Virus record (IMG/VR): IMGVR_UViG_3300025282_000184
Coordinates: 1-27,936 of that record
Length of the DNA: 27,936 bases
Source: a virus
Taxonomy: Duplodnaviria; Caudoviricetes
Strand: one strand, 5' to 3'
Shown piece after piece: positions 25,301 to 27,936 of the stretch. Positions within the stretch are counted from its first letter, which is position 1. The number at the start of each line of letters is the position of its first letter. Below the pieces are notes generated by a model that was not told where the DNA came from, ran no database searches, and saw nothing but the letters and a program-made list of their open reading frames with translations. The translations under genes and the position numbers were made by a program.

Positions 25301-27936
25301 GATTTCCGGGAATGCATCATCAGGCAACTTCTTGAAATTAGTTTCTTCAAGAATATCATGAGGTATATTTAAATCCTCAATTGAACAAGGATCCCCATAT
25401 GTATATGTTTTGGTTGTTTCTGTGTTAAACATATCAGCCGGTGATGTATACAAACCAGATTTCCAAGAAAACATAACGTGTTCATTATTTATAGCTGCGG
25501 TTGTATATTTTCCTGATGCGGCGTTTGAAATAACCGAGGCCATCGTCGCATGATTCTTAAATGGATCTAGCACAATGTAATTTTTGTAATTAATTGTTTC
25601 CCATTGTGTTATGAAGTTTATACTCTTTTCATTGTGATCAGTATCAATTGCCATTACAAAAGCGAAATTTGCGTTTTGTACATTTCCTTGAAGTTCATCT
25701 GGAGACTTTATAAACGTTTCGTGCAAAGGTTGGAATTCGTCAGCATTGTAATCTAAAGATGGAAAAATGTCGACTCTTTGTTCTTTTGGTGAATTTGGAC
25801 CGTTAACGCCAGCTATTTTATAAACGTTTTCTGGAACTCCGTCTAAACTTCCAGCTAACGCCTCTTGGAGTTGTGGATAAAGTTCAGAAGGGATCTTCAT
25901 GGAAAGTGTGTATTCTTTACCGTCCTTGCCGAAGTTCACTCCAGCGTTGTTACCAGGTCCAATATGATCTGAAAGTGCATTTAAATAAGAATCATATATT
26001 TCTGCAGCGCTTTCGCCTTTCGCGTTTAAACTTCCAGCTAATTCGCTGAAACCATTAAACACATTCCCGTCTCCATCATCTAAAGTTACTTTAAATTCCA
26101 AAAATATTGCTCTAAGATTTTTGATATCAGACCTATAAGACATTTCTACTGAATCTAATATTCCATCTCTTAATGTCGTCATTGTATAATCCAGATAAGG
26201 AATATTATCAGGGAAACCAATTAAATCATAATCAATACCAATTGATTTTGGGGGACCGCCGAGGGCTCCGTTATCAATAGCCAAATCAGCTATTTTAGCA
26301 ATATATTCATTTCTAATTCTATTTTGTTCTTCCAATGCCAGAATTGCTTTCGAGGAAAGTATTTTGATATCATCGGAAAGATCTTTTAATTCACACGAAT
26401 CTTGAATGATTTTTCTTGACACCATAGTATTAATAAACAATTCTAAATCAACAGTGGCACCGATGAAATTAAAGAAAGAACCAACGGCCATCGGGGAATC
26501 AAGAATTTTATTTAATGAAGGATATTTATCTTCAATTAATAATAAAAGATCTTCCATCTGTTCTAACGAACCATTGCCGGAAAATAGCGCAACTAATTTC
26601 TTTGAAGTAAGCGTTAACAAAACTTTGTAAAGGAAAGATTGTATTTCTTTTAAAGCTGCTTCAACCGATTCTTTCTCTTGTGGTCTAAGTAATTCAACAA
26701 ATTTTCTTGCTTCTTTTAACATTTGTGCTTTGTTGACATCAACTTTATCATATCTTGGTTCCTCGATTCTGAAATTATCGACTCCTTCAAAATTATAAGA
26801 ATCAATTGTTGCTTCTTCTGGTGGCGGAGCAACGTAAGGAAAAACCATTTCTATTACGTTATTGGCTTCTTCTGGGTCTGGCTCTGTGTTTAAATTGAAT
26901 AAACCCGTACCGAACTTGGCAAAATCTTTTCCGATACCATCATCAAGTTTATTTATTGCCTCTTGGACCTCTTGGCCGGCTTCTGACATCATTAATTCAC
27001 AATTTAATTGGATGTATCTCGCCAACCATTTAAATGTTTCTAACAAAGATTGATCGATTTGTTTTAATATGGCGGCGACCCATAATTTTCCGATATCACC
27101 TAACAGGTCCGTAATACTAAAGTTTTTGAAAAAATCTGATAATTTTCCTAATCCTAATTTTGATAAATCTCCGGTTTCGAAGAAGCCCATTAAGTCCAAA
27201 ATATATTTTTCTAAATGCTTACATAAAAATTCTGGGTTGCAATGGCTTGTAACAAGAGTTGCTAAATTTAAATTAAAATTATTAACTACGTTAGTTACTA
27301 ACCTAATTTGTCCTTCTTTGCTGAAGGCGCCTGCATTGATATAACCATTTAAATTACTCTTCCATGATTGAAAATCGGTAGGAACTTGAGGTTGAGATAA
27401 AAACGAATGGTACTTAACAGTCTCTCCAGTCTCTTGATTTATGCCAGAAACAAGTTTGTCAAAGTCTGATGATTCATAAGTTACAGTGATATTGTCTGTG
27501 TCGATTACCGCATCGCTTATACCAAGATCCTTAAACGCTGCTTGTAAATTTTCTTTAAGTTTTTCTACTATACTTTCAGCCTGTTGGTTGAGTGAAGCAT
27601 CGTGTGATTCTGGCGACATTAAAAGTTCACCAAGTATCGTATTTTGAGAAGAGGGTGTGTTGACACTAGCAGATTTAGAAATAACATTTAACATAACCAT
27701 TGTGGTGATGACTTTTGAGCCATCAATAATTCTTTTAGCAGTAATGTTTTGGTTGATTACAATATTGTGGTTGGCCATTAACAAAGATAACGTGTCAATG
27801 CCGAATTTTGCTGGGATTTCGTTAAGTAATTTCTTTAATTTTTCGACAGCAAAGCGCTCAGAATCGTCGACATAACTCTGTTTAACTGAAGACTCATATT
27901 TTTGTATTTCTTCTTGTGAAACTGTCGCCCACCAAG
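19349..27936 (-). CDS. Giant uncharacterised phage protein, 5'-truncated (>=2861 aa)
   Basis: The frame stays open upstream of the track's TTG at 27784 (WWATVSQEEIQKYESSVKQSYVDDSERFAVEKLKKLLNEIPAKFGIDTLS) to the window end, so the true start lies outside. No family recognised; lies immediately upstream of the gp25-like gene. Confidence 0.9.
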   Translation of the reverse strand, partial: WWATVSQEEIQKYESSVKQSYVDDSERFAVEKLKKLLNEIPAKFGIDTLSLLMANHNIVINQNITAKRIIDGSKVITTMVMLNVISKSASVNTPSSQNTILGELLMSPESHDASLNQQAESIVEKLKENLQAAFKDLGISDAVIDTDNITVTYESSDFDKLVSGINQETGETVKYHSFLSQPQVPTDFQSWKSNLNGYINAGAFSKEGQIRLVTNVVNNFNLNLATLVTSHCNPEFLCKHLEKYILDLMGFFETGDLSKLGLGKLSDFFKNFSITDLLGDIGKLWVAAILKQIDQSLLETFKWLARYIQLNCELMMSEAGQEVQEAINKLDDGIGKDFAKFGTGLFNLNTEPDPEEANNVIEMVFPYVAPPPEEATIDSYNFEGVDNFRIEEPRYDKVDVNKAQMLKEARKFVELLRPQEKESVEAALKEIQSFLYKVLLTLTSKKLVALFSGNGSLEQMEDLLLLIEDKYPSLNKILDSPMAVGSFFNFIGATVDLELFINTMVSRKIIQDSCELKDLSDDIKILSSKAILALEEQNRIRNEYIAKIADLAIDNGALGGPPKSIGIDYDLIGFPDNIPYLDYTMTTLRDGILDSVEMSYRSDIKNLRAIFLEFKVTLDDGDGNVFNGFSELAGSLNAKGESAAEIYDSYLNALSDHIGPGNNAGVNFGKDGKEYTLSMKIPSELYPQLQEALAGSLDGVPENVYKIAGVNGPNSPKEQRVDIFPSLDYNADEFQPLHETFIKSPDELQGNVQNANFAFVMAIDTDHNEKSINFITQWETINYKNYIVLDPFKNHATMASVISNAASGKYTTAAINNEHVMFSWKSGLYTSPADMFNTETTKTYTYGDPCSIEDLNIPHDILEETNFKKLPDDAFPEIKDPLLGNIAENFPLDVGDFNTNNKTLPQARMFSKYVMNILYKNLFEVRRGVYDSPPDNLIESIKKVRDILEIYVFPRVTNNLIRSLGEYVSHSKYFDTKEMYKLTQTLCDPTKIPFDLIGIGEIKEQISKRYVQHRKRLLKEEQQNENSEFEDPPGNGPFEFAMMEGTVKLILRTYLAELLIRSIFIYDRFVFEEVMDNDMFLELFAKQFLIGIENYIGEQDPKVFKNIFLRECKYLAKSTWDSVSPKKYPKQQVFNDNTVLIKHLTSIEIQDIGSKINSLFSLDAEKIKPLKEVFFDDLKYGFLRNSGINFGQDTTPTSYYMFNYSDSYNLTELDPISDMAQKSQMTIDQASKQGAAGLDDAVYFDADENEMDFQAFPYDKNKTTKLGFGEFVIEPYVRLVDWEVEEGINAEFPLTAFDKAFGPNGNLEEFGLPGYTRKDWARGVLGLRDLQKFAIDLMEHLNQSAEDAGDGGWGFLQQFGQHNFPLSAFYKELKWGIRLNLIIPADPEWDSDQIPFEKLEEAFNKLISSTAYENRWVPAIHKSYRVWRQNKEKLNNPDAAKGGEDPFVWVTKKIPYFVMPLTYEEMDADVNKPGSGAVLGFATDLVSRSFKELADLKAKNFNLELARYIKYPSDADVYRTKFNMGYRDPAYLKFEETVDIYDGGKVIGETAGSLVPVVIHSDRLMMPGIAGDVSDFEGITSVEDSLINYYGETYGLGANHVANYSWTDKDGDFHPAVGNDLFVLGNYSEKAYADPDGYGDSKRWTKAPNGNDSIHDTWNAHVGLLTTKYARNQFAQWMGIGVELDEQPFTRDNTEISSMHREQDRPDYNPAKHPGLVGRPDFNVKFIIDYESNIQEGTYPHGASDNAGCKKFTFKDYQKIFPSIDETAYLDYIYNFGIESTGVKVEYLDYDFENDGKKYENMPLTDTHFKNMAAYKMSRCKKSPSWKQIGASFPGGSEVSNLTEWSAVGQKQLIKPAGMTIYDIYPPNYYNWNQVATDNQETFLKYLISKFAQPADGGSLATLNKGVIQDQIKYCINEVVDEPINTQAEFESWKENNKVKLDQLFDCINNGFGTLNAVYETAYKMHPYKHPGGMPMSVINRSEDYNADMIAQHLSTGYLNTLYLHTGIFTNQVFSDYKKTSLYGDGESTDNVLQEFYGFNREESLNNPELDSVSSPAEYRPHSDNIDTRSHLKDSYWSMTTAGYSWSKYLRWSPGYNSLAGSNFKIPGIGPASSLEPSQIWVKHADSIDFRELVNKKTDYLLERVGFMPSFYSGYKVPLSITEGTQKEFPIFDAASSTYKDEDENDEGLQSKSSLVEILRSETDVVIKFLDQEWNDDLNIAKPGDGIIASKTPDDKKKYPRSKLDIWRVKIEHKTKNPFVPDFTITEEDILSGKVNVVTEEYIKGPSGKVSKDIVNRTLQVDEDMLMSRQGSMFRKQEGLPAKLEDETPLFLDDDNTWGGDTYVGLFPAQEDLGKFKKLIQALNVNHVTTTRKVMQEASQPEPTKDYVYVDTVAKTPLSEANEYTGLSVEILDLLFGGSSTASNSVINPLVINESSQFGKGNAGPFDGAGKTKWGAHAKQFLASISSAQDILKLSKLYYISAGLGQRDILGNWSQPKQQGDIFENYIGEYKDLPPSVKQYYVETVSNDEAINGKAAVELKIKMRKSNYATTNQPGLGFENVYLEEEDKAEDGIEFNIKLYQVRLRSANALKLGDIEYGSKMEIKELVQENDGSTFIKEFFVGDLIEKQQKEKAGDLTGVTSIYDYLKDKMINGPDGKGSPQFQLLFNYIFPLKQYASFITVYTLFYSLYRKGTAFDTNQKMQRLFTNTKVDLFDLFELLSSGGDPYKKFGLSNLEENVINTRQADAFKKYGSKGISAFQEKQNQILEQIRSEGLEPGFFAPFTQKDHSGLAHDNIRMLFEILANMIDPGFDTFPITPIGWVALAMRRSSRELEQGTELGPPTFDSLDPSQPITDTDLCKNE

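Larger units (their letters stand above)
1..27936 (-). mobile_element. Bacteriophage (probable large myovirus) baseplate/tail structural gene module
   Basis: Co-oriented, nearly gap-free giant ORFs including adjacent gp25-like and gp6-like baseplate genes and LamG/DNRLRE-type proteins; no cellular housekeeping genes. No capsid or terminase gene lies in the window, so phage versus extracellular contractile injection system is inferred. Confidence 0.85.

Noticed and set aside
1182-27875. Many 60-130 aa ORFs antisense to or nested within the large genes
   Set aside because: Typical shadow ORFs of long coding regions, with no recognisable motifs or initiation signals.
1-27936. Stop-codon reassignment (TAG/TGA recoding seen in some large phages)
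   Set aside because: Standard-code ORFs of 1200-3200 aa tile the window without interruption, and TAG ends the gp25-like gene at a sensible length.
19349-27936. Tape measure protein call for the giant ORF
   Set aside because: No periodic Ala/Gly/Trp-type repeats or tape-measure motif visible and much of the sequence looks globular; left as unknown.
1-27936. CRISPR arrays, tRNA/rRNA genes, DGR template/variable repeats, intrinsic terminators
   Set aside because: Almost no non-coding space; no regularly spaced repeats, near-identical nucleotide repeat pairs, reverse transcriptase or hairpin-polyU seen by eye.

Overview
About 28 kb of AT-rich (roughly one-third GC by eye), almost fully coding DNA with every real gene on the minus strand. 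It reads as the baseplate/tail-end structural operon of a large (jumbo-type) contractile-tailed phage. In transcription order: a giant uncharacterised protein (>2861 aa, 5' end outside the window); a gp25/GPW-like sheath initiator; a T4 gp6/P2 gpJ-like wedge protein; a 646-aa DNRLRE-like protein; a 3182-aa protein with two LamG-like domains and a P2 gpI/T4 gp7-like KGT motif; a 406-aa protein with a gpH/DUF3751-like N-terminus; a ~1198-aa unknown; and an ORF missing from the supplied track that runs off the left edge. Genes are tightly coupled (three TAATG stop/start overlaps). The standout observations are: (i) strong enrichment of the palindromes GCCGGC (20 copies counted by eye) and GGCGCC (16) in AT-rich DNA, reminiscent of methylase-linked highly iterated palindromes; (ii) a related ~120-aa Thr/Ala/Gly module inserted in-frame into two neighbouring proteins; (iii) a W-J-I-H-like baseplate enlarged with lectin-type domains; (iv) GC-rich low-complexity C-terminal tails. 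Family calls come from motif recognition only; no searches were run.
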